Shown here piece by piece: positions 9,595-19,319 of a stretch of 64,000 nt of DNA (position 1 is its first letter; every line of letters starts with the position of its first letter). The notes below the pieces were generated by a model. It did no database searches. It was not told where the DNA came from and saw only the letters and a list, made by a program, of their open reading frames with translations. Made by a program: the position numbers and the translations under genes. Source of the DNA: Alphaproteobacteria bacterium. Its GTDB lineage: Bacteria > Pseudomonadota > Alphaproteobacteria > Bin95. The stretch covers positions 79,535 to 143,534 of the forward strand of contig JAURGE010000001.1 in the NCBI GenBank assembly GCA_030833925.1, given 5' to 3'.

Positions 9595-10464
9595 CTACAT
9601 CTCCGGGATCGGATGTGCTCGTCGAATACATGCCGCACGCACAGCATTCTCTATCAAACAGGCAATGGTCATTGGACCGACGCCTCCTGGAACAGGAGTG
9701 ATCGCCTGCACACGTCCTACTGCTTCTTCAAAGGCCACATCACCAACTAGGCGGCTCTTTCCGTCTTCTTTACTTACGCGATTGATGCCAACATCGATAA
9801 CAACTGCGCTCGGCTTAATCCAATCTCCGCGAATCATCTCTGGGCGGCCAACAGCTGCGATCAAGATATCAGCGGTCCTGCACCGCTCTCTCAAGTCAAT
9901 AGTTTGCGAGTGAGTAATTGAGACTGTGGCGCTCTCTGCTAAGAGCATTGCGGCCATCGGTTTGCCTACAATATTTGACCGTCCGACAATTATAGCCTCC
10001 TTGCCTGCAATTTTCTGAACCACAGAGCGGATCATCCTCATACACCCAGTTGGAGTGCAGGGTGCTAGCGTTGGTGCGCCAGTCCAAAGGCGACCCACAT
10101 TAGTAGGGTGAAATCCATCTACGTCTTTATCTGGGTTGATAGCATTCAAAACGCGCTCGGCGTTAATGTGAGCTGGCAGAGGGAGTTGTACCAGGATGCC
10201 GTCCACAGTGTTGTCATTGTTGAGCAGTTCAATAAGCGAGAGCAGTTTAGTCTCGCTGACATCTTCAGGTAACTTATGCTCAAAGGAATTAAGGCCAGCT
10301 TCTATGGTGGCTTTTCCTTTGTTGCGGACGTAAACAGCACTTGCTGGATCCTCTCCAACAAGCACCACGGCCAAGCCAGGTTTGAATCCAAGGCCCGAGA
10401 CGGCTCTGGCTGCACTGGCTCGGAGGTTTGCCGCCATTGCTTTGCCGTCAATTAACCGGGTCAT
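9595..10464 (-). CDS. folD: bifunctional methylenetetrahydrofolate dehydrogenase / methenyl-THF cyclohydrolase
   Basis: Conserved FolD motifs are readable ([34 protein letters not shown]). Confidence 0.9.
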   Translation of the reverse strand: MTRLIDGKAMAANLRASAARAVSGLGFKPGLAVVLVGEDPASAVYVRNKGKATIEAGLNSFEHKLPEDVSETKLLSLIELLNNDNTVDGILVQLPLPAHINAERVLNAINPDKDVDGFHPTNVGRLWTGAPTLAPCTPTGCMRMIRSVVQKIAGKEAIIVGRSNIVGKPMAAMLLAESATVSITHSQTIDLRERCRTADILIAAVGRPEMIRGDWIKPSAVVIDVGINRVSKEDGKSRLVGDVAFEEAVGRVQAITPVPGGVGPMTIACLIENAVRAACIRRAHPIPEM

Positions 10465-10523
10465 TGTATTTCTCCAATCTGGTTCCGTGCCTGAACTAGC
10501 AGATAGTCTGTAGGGCCTTTAAC

Positions 10524-10796
10524 CTAAACTGTCTTTGAACGGGACTTCTGACCCCGAATTAATGCAACATCTCGCTTTGGAACTCCAAAAGATTTAGCAA
10601 CCCAAGCAATTACTGTTGTGTTCGCGACACCATCAACAGGGCGAGCACTGATTTGAAGTTTTAGGCGCGTAATACCCATAGTATCAGTCTCAAAACCTAC
10701 CACTCTAGTATTGGCCGCACCTGGCTGCACTCGTTGGTCAATCAATATAGAGTTGGGGCCCTCTGCACGGGTTATCAAAAACCAGACACAGCCCAC
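10524..10796 (-). CDS. yggU: DUF167/YggU family protein
   Basis: The C-terminal region aligns by eye with E. coli YggU (PVDGxAN...G...SR.K). The ORF overlaps yggT by 22 nt, so the true start may be internal. Confidence 0.55.
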   Translation of the reverse strand: MGCVWFLITRAEGPNSILIDQRVQPGAANTRVVGFETDTMGITRLKLQISARPVDGVANTTVIAWVAKSFGVPKRDVALIRGQKSRSKTV

Positions 10797-11074
10797 TGTC
10801 TAAGAACGCTGCGGATAAAATAGATCACTAAAATGAGGATGACTGGCGATATATCAACGCTGCCAAATTGAGGAACAACACGGCGGATAGGACGAAGCAT
10901 GGGCTCCGTAAGTCGATAAAGAAAATTGCCTACTGTTGATACGAACTGGTTGTGCAAATTAACGACATTAAACGCCACCAACCAACTCAGAATGGCTGAG
11001 ATGATCAATGCCCAGACAACCAATCCAAGAACAATGTCGATCACCTGAAAAAGCGAAATTAGTATAGCATCCAT
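10775..11074 (-). CDS. yggT: YggT family membrane protein
   Basis: Small integral membrane protein with a YggT-like sequence, found in the typical yggT-yggU context. Confidence 0.7.
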   Translation of the reverse strand: MDAILISLFQVIDIVLGLVVWALIISAILSWLVAFNVVNLHNQFVSTVGNFLYRLTEPMLRPIRRVVPQFGSVDISPVILILVIYFIRSVLRQWAVSGF

Positions 11075-11145
11075 TAATTTTGGTCCGTCATCAGCGGCGG
11101 TGTGGGATAGGGAAGCTAACCGCCACCGGTCTTAAGGGCAAGTTT

Positions 11146-12318
11146 TCATGCAGCGAGTTTTAGGATTTCTAATACATCCTCGGGCCCTTTAATCGGCCGA
11201 GGATTTGTATGTATCCAGCGGTCATGCATAGAGAGTTCCGCGCAGCGCTGAAAGTCAGCCTCTGTAACTCCAACTTCTTTTAAGGTGGATGGCATCCCAA
11301 GATCTCGGATGAAATCTTGAATGAGGTCGCTTGCGGGACGCTGCGCATCCCCCATTGCTTCCGAAACTAGGCGCTGACGCTTTTCCGTATCTTTAGAGAG
11401 GTTCCAGCGCATTACATGGGGCAACATTACGCAAGACGTGTGGCCATGAGAGACTCCAAAGCTACCTCCCAAGATATGTCCAATGGCGTGACTGGCCCCC
11501 TTAGAGACGCCAGCTTGAACGCTAGACATGGAAAGCCAAGCGCCCAATTGACTGTCGCTTCTGGCTTGAAGATCTGTCGGATCCGTTTTGGTGCCTTTCA
11601 GGCCAGTGGTTAAAAGTCTCAGGCCATAAAGCGATTGGGCGTCGCAATAGGCATTGGCGGTGGGGGAGCATATAGCCTCTACACAATGGTCAATGGCCCT
11701 TACGCCTGTGGAAAGCCAGAGCCACTCAGGTGTAGGTAGGGTCAATGCTGGATCAAGGATGACTTCGCTAGGAGCCATGCCTTGCGAGCGAATTGCCTGC
11801 TTTATACCTTTCCGAGGATCGGAAACCCCGGCTAGTGGATTGTATTCCCCGGCAGATAAAGTTGTTGGACAACATATCAGTGGTAAAGAAGGTGCCCGGT
11901 ATTCTGGTGCCACTGTCGATCCATCCGCAGCAGTTCGTACAATGAAGGGATCAAAATCCGGAACCTCTTTCAGATCATGCTCAATCGCTAGGCACACAGC
12001 CTTTGCAGCGTCAGTGATCGAGCCGCCACCAATAGTGACAATCATCTCGGCACGTCCCTTGCGCGCACTTTCTGCTGCTTCCAAAACAGCATCCCTCGGT
12101 GTGTGAGGGGGCATTCCTGAGTAGATGCCACAAACTTTGCCATCGAGAGATTCGATTGCGGACTGAATTTCTTGATTGCGTACAACAAGGGCTCGACTTG
12201 CTAGTATAAAAACTCTTGATACCCCGGCTCTCTTTACTGCATCCGCGAGAGCTTCTCCCACTGACATCCCGTAAGTTACTCGTTCAAGTCGTGTGAATGT
12301 CACTGCTCCTGTTTGCAT
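11146..12318 (-). CDS. iron-containing alcohol dehydrogenase family protein (maleylacetate reductase-like)
   Basis: Fe-ADH fold motifs present (GGGSITDAAK, CCPTTLSAGE, a His-rich metal site HAIGH...HGH). The start codon is 5 nt downstream of the carboxyltransferase stop. Confidence 0.75.
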   Translation of the reverse strand: MQTGAVTFTRLERVTYGMSVGEALADAVKRAGVSRVFILASRALVVRNQEIQSAIESLDGKVCGIYSGMPPHTPRDAVLEAAESARKGRAEMIVTIGGGSITDAAKAVCLAIEHDLKEVPDFDPFIVRTAADGSTVAPEYRAPSLPLICCPTTLSAGEYNPLAGVSDPRKGIKQAIRSQGMAPSEVILDPALTLPTPEWLWLSTGVRAIDHCVEAICSPTANAYCDAQSLYGLRLLTTGLKGTKTDPTDLQARSDSQLGAWLSMSSVQAGVSKGASHAIGHILGGSFGVSHGHTSCVMLPHVMRWNLSKDTEKRQRLVSEAMGDAQRPASDLIQDFIRDLGMPSTLKEVGVTEADFQRCAELSMHDRWIHTNPRPIKGPEDVLEILKLAA

Positions 12319-12323
12319 AGTTT

Positions 12324-13871
12324 TTACCCCCGAATACCATGAAGATAGGGACCAGCTTCCCTAAGGGGAGCCGCTGTATTGGCGAAGTCGACTAGATATT
12401 TCCTGGTCTCTCGTGGATCAATAATTTCCTCAATCCAGAACGACTCTGCTGAACGGAAAGGTGACCGTAACTTTTCCAATCTCTCTTCAATTTCGGTCAG
12501 CTTAGCTGCGGGATCAGTAGCATCATCAATATCTGCTCGATAAGCGGCCTCAATTCCCCCCTCAAGCGGCAGAGAGCCCCATCGGCCTGAAGGCCAAGCG
12601 TATCGCATATTAAATCGAGACCCATTTTGGTGGGCTGCACCTGCAACACCAAAACAGTTTCTGACTATTACCGAGCACCATGGGATGGTTGTCTGCCATA
12701 TGGCAGCCATCGCTCGAGTACCTTCTTTGATAGTACCTGACTTTTCACTTTCCAACCCAATCAGGAAGCCAGGGCAATCAACCAGATATATCATTGGGAG
12801 ATGAAAGGTCTGAGCCATATCCACGAACCGCTCTACCTTACGACAAGCATCGGCCGTCCAACCACCGCCGAAGTGATATGGATCACTTGCCATCACTGCA
12901 ACTGGCCACCCGTCAACACGCGCAAGGCCCGTGATTATCGACCGGCCATACATTTTGCCCATCTCAAAGAAGGATCCCTGGTCAACTACTGATTCCACAA
13001 TTGGTCGCATTTTGTAGACCTTACGGATATCTCTTGGGATCGCCTCGATAAGGGATGCGTCATTCCGATCGGGGGAGTCGGAGCTTTGGATTCGCTCAGG
13101 CAGCTCGTAGACGTTTTGTGGTAAATAAGACAGAAAACGGCGGGCCATTTCAAAAGCCTCTTCTTCGGAATCTACCGCTTCGTCAACTGCACCAGCACGC
13201 AGTTGAATTTTCCAACCACCTAGCTGTTGCTTGTCCAAGTCCTGACCTAAACGTTTCACAACTGGTGGCCCCGCAACAAATAGAGCGGATATATCCTTCA
13301 CCATGACTGAATAATGTGCCGCTGCTTGGTGAGCTGCACCAAGGCCAGCAACCGACCCTAATCCAAGGGATACGCGTGGTATTGTACCCATATTGCGCAC
13401 CACCCATTCCCATCCGGAAACACCCGGAACATTGGCCCGGCCTGTAGTCTCGATTGTTTTGACCGAGCCGCCCCCACCTGAGCCTTCCACAATCCTGATC
13501 AAAGGTAACCGGAGTTCATTGGCCATTTGCTCGCACTTTATGTGCTTCTCTTTGATGGTCGCATCTGCTGAGCCGCCGCGGACGGTGAAATCATCCCCAC
13601 CAATCACTACTTGGCGACCGTTTACTCGCCCTCTCCCAAAAACAAAATTGGAGGGAGTGAAATGCTCGAGATCGTTTTTCCCGTCATACTGAGCCATACC
13701 CGCAACTTTTCCGAGTTCATGAAAAGAGCCAGGGTCCAGCATGGCATCGATCCGCTCTCTGACAGTAAGCCTGCCACCATCTTTCTGCCGCTTTATCTTG
13801 TCGGCTCCTCCCATCATCTCCGCGAAATCTTCGCGACGCTTTAATTCATCAAGTTCAGTCTGCCATGACAT
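12324..13871 (-). CDS. acyl-CoA carboxylase carboxyltransferase (beta) subunit family protein
   Basis: 515 aa with both N- and C-terminal carboxyltransferase domains, resembling propionyl-CoA / methylcrotonyl-CoA carboxylase beta chains. No biotin carboxylase or BCCP gene is nearby. Confidence 0.8.
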   Translation of the reverse strand: MSWQTELDELKRREDFAEMMGGADKIKRQKDGGRLTVRERIDAMLDPGSFHELGKVAGMAQYDGKNDLEHFTPSNFVFGRGRVNGRQVVIGGDDFTVRGGSADATIKEKHIKCEQMANELRLPLIRIVEGSGGGGSVKTIETTGRANVPGVSGWEWVVRNMGTIPRVSLGLGSVAGLGAAHQAAAHYSVMVKDISALFVAGPPVVKRLGQDLDKQQLGGWKIQLRAGAVDEAVDSEEEAFEMARRFLSYLPQNVYELPERIQSSDSPDRNDASLIEAIPRDIRKVYKMRPIVESVVDQGSFFEMGKMYGRSIITGLARVDGWPVAVMASDPYHFGGGWTADACRKVERFVDMAQTFHLPMIYLVDCPGFLIGLESEKSGTIKEGTRAMAAIWQTTIPWCSVIVRNCFGVAGAAHQNGSRFNMRYAWPSGRWGSLPLEGGIEAAYRADIDDATDPAAKLTEIEERLEKLRSPFRSAESFWIEEIIDPRETRKYLVDFANTAAPLREAGPYLHGIRG

Positions 13872-14052
13872 CGCCAGTGGCTCCTTTGGGAGGTGGTTTA
13901 ATTAGTTCCATGGTATGACTGAGATGTGAGCGCGCCAATCCAGACTGAGTAATTTAGGTCCAGGATGAATTGGTGTTGGCTACACCTCAAAACACTTCCA
14001 AGGGAAAAGAATAAACAGGTCAAATTTTTTATAGAAGGCCAACCCATTAAAC

Positions 14053-14811
14053 TTAGGGATTGCGTAATGACGGCAACCCGACTCCTACGGCGTCAAATCC
14101 ACCATCTGCAGCCAGGATTTGGCCGGTGATGTAAGAGGCTTTATCGCTCGCAAGAAACACAATTGCCTCAGCAATTTCTCGCTCAGTACCGTAGCGATTC
14201 AGTGGAATTGCATCGTGATAAGCGTCAATAATATCTTGCGTGTGAACCTGTTTTGACATTGCAGTAGCAACAGGGCCTGGGGCGACACAATTTACACGTA
14301 CGCCGTATTCCCCAAGCTCTGCTGCTTGCTGTTTCGTTAAGTGGATTACAGCAGCTTTCGAAGTCCCGTAAGCAACTCTTAGGGTAGATGCCCGAAGCCC
14401 AGAAATTGATCCTATGTTTACTATTGAGCCTCGTGTTTCTTTCAAATATGGAATAGATGCCTGGGCGCAGAGGAAAACCCCATCAAGGTTTGTCTCCATA
14501 ACGCGCCGCCAGCGAGTAAAATCATGCTCCTCTAACGGCCCAAAGTCGGCAACTCCGGCATTATTGACGAGGCAATCGATTCGACCGAAAGACCTAATGG
14601 CCTCTGTCATGATACGGCCCGCATCTTGAGGGTTGGAAACATCGGCCGTTATAGCACTCACATGCGTTAGCTTAGACGCTTCGGCGTCAAGCAGCGCTTC
14701 GAGCCGGTCGACCATTACAACGCTCCAGCCATCAGCAAGAAATAAATCTGTTGTGGTGCGGCCTATTCCTCTTGCGGCGCCTGTAACTATTGCAACTTTT
14801 CTAAATTTCAT
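14053..14811 (-). CDS. SDR family oxidoreductase
   Basis: N-terminal TGAARGIG dinucleotide-binding motif and a catalytic YxxxK (YGTSK). Confidence 0.8.
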   Translation of the reverse strand: MKFRKVAIVTGAARGIGRTTTDLFLADGWSVVMVDRLEALLDAEASKLTHVSAITADVSNPQDAGRIMTEAIRSFGRIDCLVNNAGVADFGPLEEHDFTRWRRVMETNLDGVFLCAQASIPYLKETRGSIVNIGSISGLRASTLRVAYGTSKAAVIHLTKQQAAELGEYGVRVNCVAPGPVATAMSKQVHTQDIIDAYHDAIPLNRYGTEREIAEAIVFLASDKASYITGQILAADGGFDAVGVGLPSLRNP

Positions 14812-16160
14812 GGTTTGGCGATGTCCGTGATTTCGGAGACGTCATCGAGTTCTGCAATTTTCCAGCTCAAGGACGATACTGATTCTGCTTTGTTTCTCGG
14901 CAAAACAAGCTCGGCTTGATCCATAAATTTCTTCTCAAGTGCCTCGATCGACATAGGTTGCTTGAGACTTCCTATGCCATGCTCTATCCGTCGATGGTGG
15001 ATCCTACCGTCAGTCATCTCGATCGTGACATCCGCTCCATCGCGATTAACGCCATTGTCAGCCTGAACGACTATCTTACGTCGAGTCGCTACAACCATTG
15101 GGTTAGCTACCGCATCTTCCGTACCTTCAGAGATGCCAGCAGACTTCATAACGAGAGCTGCAGCTGTCCAATGCTGGAGGCTAACCTGAGCGAGTTGGGC
15201 GTTCGGAGGCTCAGGTCTATCTGTCAGTGTTAGACAAAGGGGGTTTAACCGTAGCCGAATTGCGTTCACTTTTTCCGCATTGAAAGAGGGATCGGCTGCG
15301 ATTTCCAGGCAGGCATCAAGGATTGGATGGATAACAATACCGCATGGATAAGGCTTTGGCATATTTTCCCGCATCTGCCACTTATCACCTAATTCATCTG
15401 TGACATGCTGCAGGTGAGCCTTTGGAGCAAAAACTTCACCAAAACCCTTTGGGCCTTCGAGCGTCGCCGCGGTTGCTGTCACTCCCTCTGCTGCCATTAG
15501 AGCGGCTATATATCCAGCTCGCGATGCTTGGCCGGGTAAAAGGCTAGTGCACATAGACCCATGAGTTTGGCGGAAACCCATCGCCGCGGCAGCTCCAAGT
15601 CCCAGTGCATGCAGCGTCACTTCTTCATTAAATTGCAGTAGGTTAGCCATTGCTGCTGCGGCACCGATAGGGGTCGCTACGCTCGACATGTACCATCCAA
15701 CCTGGGTCTCCGCTGGGGGAACAGTGAGTGCCATGGCAATTCGGCAGGCGACCTCTACGCCAACCGTGAAGGCCGCATGGAGATCTCGGCCCGATGTCAC
15801 CCTTCGTTCTGCTTCAGCCATCAATGGAGCTGCTATTGGACCAGCAGGATGGAGAACGGTCGCGAGGTGAGTGTCATCGAATGCATGGGCTGCTGAAGCT
15901 TGTGCGTTCACCAAAACAGCGTCTGGTGCAGATAGCTTCTCATTTCGACCAAGCAGCGATGTCTTCACCCCTCCGGCAAACGGTAAAACAGTTTTAAATG
16001 TTCGCACTGTTGCATCATGGGTCATCCCACCCAGGGTGCAGCCGATAAAATTGTAGAACTGTTGTGTAGCGTCTTCGCATACTTCATTGGGTAGGTCCGC
16101 AGCCCGGACGTTGGCAACAAAGTTGGCTAACACTTGGGTGGTTTCAATCATTAATTTCAA
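14808..16160 (-). CDS. MmgE/PrpD family protein (2-methylcitrate dehydratase-like)
   Basis: 450 aa with an MmgE/PrpD-like sequence throughout. It overlaps the neighbouring genes by 4 nt on both sides, which suggests one operon. Confidence 0.7.
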   Translation of the reverse strand: MKLMIETTQVLANFVANVRAADLPNEVCEDATQQFYNFIGCTLGGMTHDATVRTFKTVLPFAGGVKTSLLGRNEKLSAPDAVLVNAQASAAHAFDDTHLATVLHPAGPIAAPLMAEAERRVTSGRDLHAAFTVGVEVACRIAMALTVPPAETQVGWYMSSVATPIGAAAAMANLLQFNEEVTLHALGLGAAAAMGFRQTHGSMCTSLLPGQASRAGYIAALMAAEGVTATAATLEGPKGFGEVFAPKAHLQHVTDELGDKWQMRENMPKPYPCGIVIHPILDACLEIAADPSFNAEKVNAIRLRLNPLCLTLTDRPEPPNAQLAQVSLQHWTAAALVMKSAGISEGTEDAVANPMVVATRRKIVVQADNGVNRDGADVTIEMTDGRIHHRRIEHGIGSLKQPMSIEALEKKFMDQAELVLPRNKAESVSSLSWKIAELDDVSEITDIAKP

Positions 16161-17041
16161 ACTCCCAAAAGTTCTGCAACGGCGTCAGAAAAGGCGCGTG
16201 GTGCCTCCTGAGCCACATTATGACCAACCTTTTCCAAGGTTCTTCGCTCATATCCTCCAATGAACTTTTCGGCTTGGCGATCTTTGGTAGGGACTGGATG
16301 TACGCCGTCCGCAAGGCCATGAAGATTAATAGTTGGAACAGATATTACTGGCATCTTGGAGAGTGCAGCTTCGATAGCTCCATACGCAGGATCTGGGTCA
16401 GCGTAGCCGTAGCGCACCCGATAGGACTGAATTACCACATCAACGAAATCCGGGTTTTCGAAACTCGGTGCAGTTTTTAGAAATTCAGCCTCGGTGAAGT
16501 TCCATTCTGGTGACCAGAGCTTCCAAAGCAATCGAGCTAACTCAGTCCGATTGGCCTCAAGACCCGCTCGTCCTCTTGGGGTGTGAAAGTAGTACTGGTA
16601 CCAGTACCGATGTTCTGCTGCTGGGGGTGCTGGATGGATGGAAGCTGCTACATTTTGGATGTTATAACCAGCTCCAGTCACAAGACCCGTGGCTCTTTCA
16701 GGCCATAGCGCTGCAACAACATTAGCGGCGCGCCCACCCCAGTCATATCCTGCTAATACTGCCTGCTCGATTTCCAGGGCATCCATAAGGTCAAGGAGAT
16801 CTGCTCCCAGGGCTGCTTGTTCTCCTGAACGTGGGGTATTGGGGTCGAGGAAAACTGTTTGCCCGTAGCCTCTTAGATAAGGTGTTATCGTTCGGACACC
16901 GCGGTTATTTAGCAAAGGTGCGACTTCAGTAAAGCTCTGAATATCATAGGGGAAGCCATGCAATAGAATGGCTACTCGGCCATCTTTTGGGCCAGTATCA
17001 AAGTAAGCAATTTCCAGCTTTTTAGTTCGAATCTTTTTCAT
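16157..17041 (-). CDS. alpha/beta hydrolase fold protein (epoxide-hydrolase-like)
   Basis: HGFP oxyanion motif and a nucleophile elbow (GYDWGG). The start is set at the MKKIRT Met; the longest ORF would extend to 17098. Confidence 0.7.
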   Translation of the reverse strand: MKKIRTKKLEIAYFDTGPKDGRVAILLHGFPYDIQSFTEVAPLLNNRGVRTITPYLRGYGQTVFLDPNTPRSGEQAALGADLLDLMDALEIEQAVLAGYDWGGRAANVVAALWPERATGLVTGAGYNIQNVAASIHPAPPAAEHRYWYQYYFHTPRGRAGLEANRTELARLLWKLWSPEWNFTEAEFLKTAPSFENPDFVDVVIQSYRVRYGYADPDPAYGAIEAALSKMPVISVPTINLHGLADGVHPVPTKDRQAEKFIGGYERRTLEKVGHNVAQEAPRAFSDAVAELLGV

Positions 17042-17457
17042 CGCGTAAAATCCTCTAACGCGGTGTGGTGCCCATTGGCTTAGCCTGCAAAACAGCAACC
17101 AACGGTAGACAATATCGAGTTCTTATTACAGCCCCAGGTTCTGCTTCGATGTATCAAGTTCAAAAAAATCTATTGCGCATCTGAAAATTTATGTTGGAAA
17201 ATTTGGGGCAGAATTGTTGGTGAAAACCAAGTGGGGCGCAGGTTGCTGCGCTTTTACACACTGTTACATTTTTTAGTCTTAGAAGAAGCCGGTTTCTGAT
17301 AAATGTTTTGTATGAAAAACTTTAATACGAGCCTCAAGAGCCGTATCGGAGTTATTAGAGTTAAACGTTTCCAACAACCCGCTAACAACTTTCCATAAAA
17401 GTCGATTAGCGTAGTCAAACAAGCAAGAAATCAGCCAGGATTAGGATCAACAAGCGG

Positions 17458-18534
17458 ATGGCAAATATTATAAAGATACCAGCGGATGTCGTTCGTAGTC
17501 AGCTTGAAGCGGTGTTTCAGGCCTGGGGTATGCCGAAGGAAAACATAGCAACAACTGTGGATGTTATGGTTGCGACTGACCTTTCAGGCGTTGATAGCCA
17601 TGGTCTTGGCATGTTGCCAGGTTATCACCAAAGGCGTGGCCGCGGCATGATCAAAGATCAGCCAGATATTCGTGTGGTGCGAGATAAGCCAGCTGCCGCC
17701 CTGATAGATGCTGATCGTAGCCTTGGCCATCCACCGTCTGTTATGGCGATGAAACTTGCAATGGAGAAAGCTCGAGCCATGGGAGTGGGTATAGTTTCTG
17801 TTAGAAACTCAAACCATTTTGGAGCAGCGGGCTATTACAGCCGAATGGCCGCCGAGGCAGGTATTGTTGGTATGGCTATGACCAACGCGCCAACCCCTGC
17901 CATGGTACCTACGTTCGGTCGTGATCCGGTTCTTGGCACCAATCCGATTGCCTTTGCTGCCCCAGCCGAAAAGAATCCTCCTTTCAGCTTAGATATGGCA
18001 ACCACAACAGTTGCTGTAGGTAAGCTCAACATAGCTCGTAGGCTTGGAAAGGCCATTCCCAATGGCTGGGCACTAAACACCGATGGCGAGGTGGAAACAG
18101 ATGGTGCAGCTGCTTTCGCCGCCCGACGCTTGACACCCTTAGGTGGAGACCGGGAGCGAGGTAGTCACAAGGGCTATGGGTTGGCGACGATGGTTGAAAT
18201 TCTTTGTGCAACCTTATCTGGTTCTTGGTCAGATGGGCCAGGCCCAGATGGTAAGCCGCAGCGCACTAAGACGAATGTTGGTCACTTCTTCTTAGCGATA
18301 GATCCTTCTAAGGTACGAGCAGATGGGGAATTCGAGGCCGATCTCGACCGAATGATAGATATGCTTCACGCAACCCCACCGGTAGATCCAGAAAATCCTG
18401 TGCAGGTTGCGGGTGATCCAGAAGTTCTGGCTACAGCAACACGTTTGGTAGACGGTATACCAATTGCTGACACTCTCATTGAAGAAGTCCGTAAGGTGGC
18501 AGTCGAGTCGAATGCCCCCTTCCTGCTTGCCTAA
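17458..18534 (+). CDS. Ldh_2 family (malate/L-lactate/sulfolactate dehydrogenase type 2) oxidoreductase
   Basis: Ldh_2 motifs present (DSHGLGMLPGY, NSNHFGAAGYY, GTNPIAFAAP). Confidence 0.75.
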   Translation: MANIIKIPADVVRSQLEAVFQAWGMPKENIATTVDVMVATDLSGVDSHGLGMLPGYHQRRGRGMIKDQPDIRVVRDKPAAALIDADRSLGHPPSVMAMKLAMEKARAMGVGIVSVRNSNHFGAAGYYSRMAAEAGIVGMAMTNAPTPAMVPTFGRDPVLGTNPIAFAAPAEKNPPFSLDMATTTVAVGKLNIARRLGKAIPNGWALNTDGEVETDGAAAFAARRLTPLGGDRERGSHKGYGLATMVEILCATLSGSWSDGPGPDGKPQRTKTNVGHFFLAIDPSKVRADGEFEADLDRMIDMLHATPPVDPENPVQVAGDPEVLATATRLVDGIPIADTLIEEVRKVAVESNAPFLLA

Positions 18535-18537
18535 TGA

Positions 18538-19308
18538 TTAGACTCGGCCAGCTGAAACTCCACCGTCGACCATATACACGCCACCCGTGCAGAAGCTTGA
18601 GTCATCGCTAGCCAAAAATAGCATCATTCGTGCAATTTCTTCTGCCGTTCCATAGCGCTGCATTGGTGTACCTTGGGCCATAGTAGCGTTTACGCCCGCA
18701 CCTGCCGGCACTCCACGCTTTGTCTCTATCTCAAAAATCATATCAGTTTCAGTGGCAGCCGGGTTGACCGTGTTGACCCTAATATCGTGGGCGGCACCCT
18801 CAAGTGCCGCGGAGCGCATCAGCCCTATCACTGCATGTTTCGAGGCCGTGTAGGGGGCGATATTTCTAGTTGCTCGAATGCCTGATGTTGAAGAGGTGCA
18901 AACGATTGATCCTCCCTTAGCGCTCATCGCTTGCATCACATACTTTAGGCCAAGCCATACGCCTCGCACGTTAATTGCCATTAGCCGGTCGAAGGCCTCT
19001 GCCGGATAGTCCGCGAAGGATTTGACTTCGCCTACGATGCCAGCATTTAGAAGTGCTGCATCCACGGCGCCGAAGTGAGCGATTGTCCGAGAAACATAGA
19101 GTTTGGTGGCTTCCTCATCCGACACATCTGCAACTACGTAAGCAGCTTTCTCTTTACCTAACTCGGCAACGAGCTTTGCCATTGGGTCTTCAAGCACATC
19201 AACAAGCATTACGCGCCCACCTTCGCTAGTGAATAACTTGGCCGCCGCTGCACCGATTCCCCTCGCACCACCTGTTATTATTGTGGTTTTACCCTCCATT
19301 TTGCCCAT
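18538..19308 (-). CDS. SDR family oxidoreductase
   Basis: TGGARGIG motif and a catalytic YTASK. Confidence 0.8.
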   Translation of the reverse strand: MGKMEGKTTIITGGARGIGAAAAKLFTSEGGRVMLVDVLEDPMAKLVAELGKEKAAYVVADVSDEEATKLYVSRTIAHFGAVDAALLNAGIVGEVKSFADYPAEAFDRLMAINVRGVWLGLKYVMQAMSAKGGSIVCTSSTSGIRATRNIAPYTASKHAVIGLMRSAALEGAAHDIRVNTVNPAATETDMIFEIETKRGVPAGAGVNATMAQGTPMQRYGTAEEIARMMLFLASDDSSFCTGGVYMVDGGVSAGRV

Positions 19309-19319
19309 TATTTGCTCCT

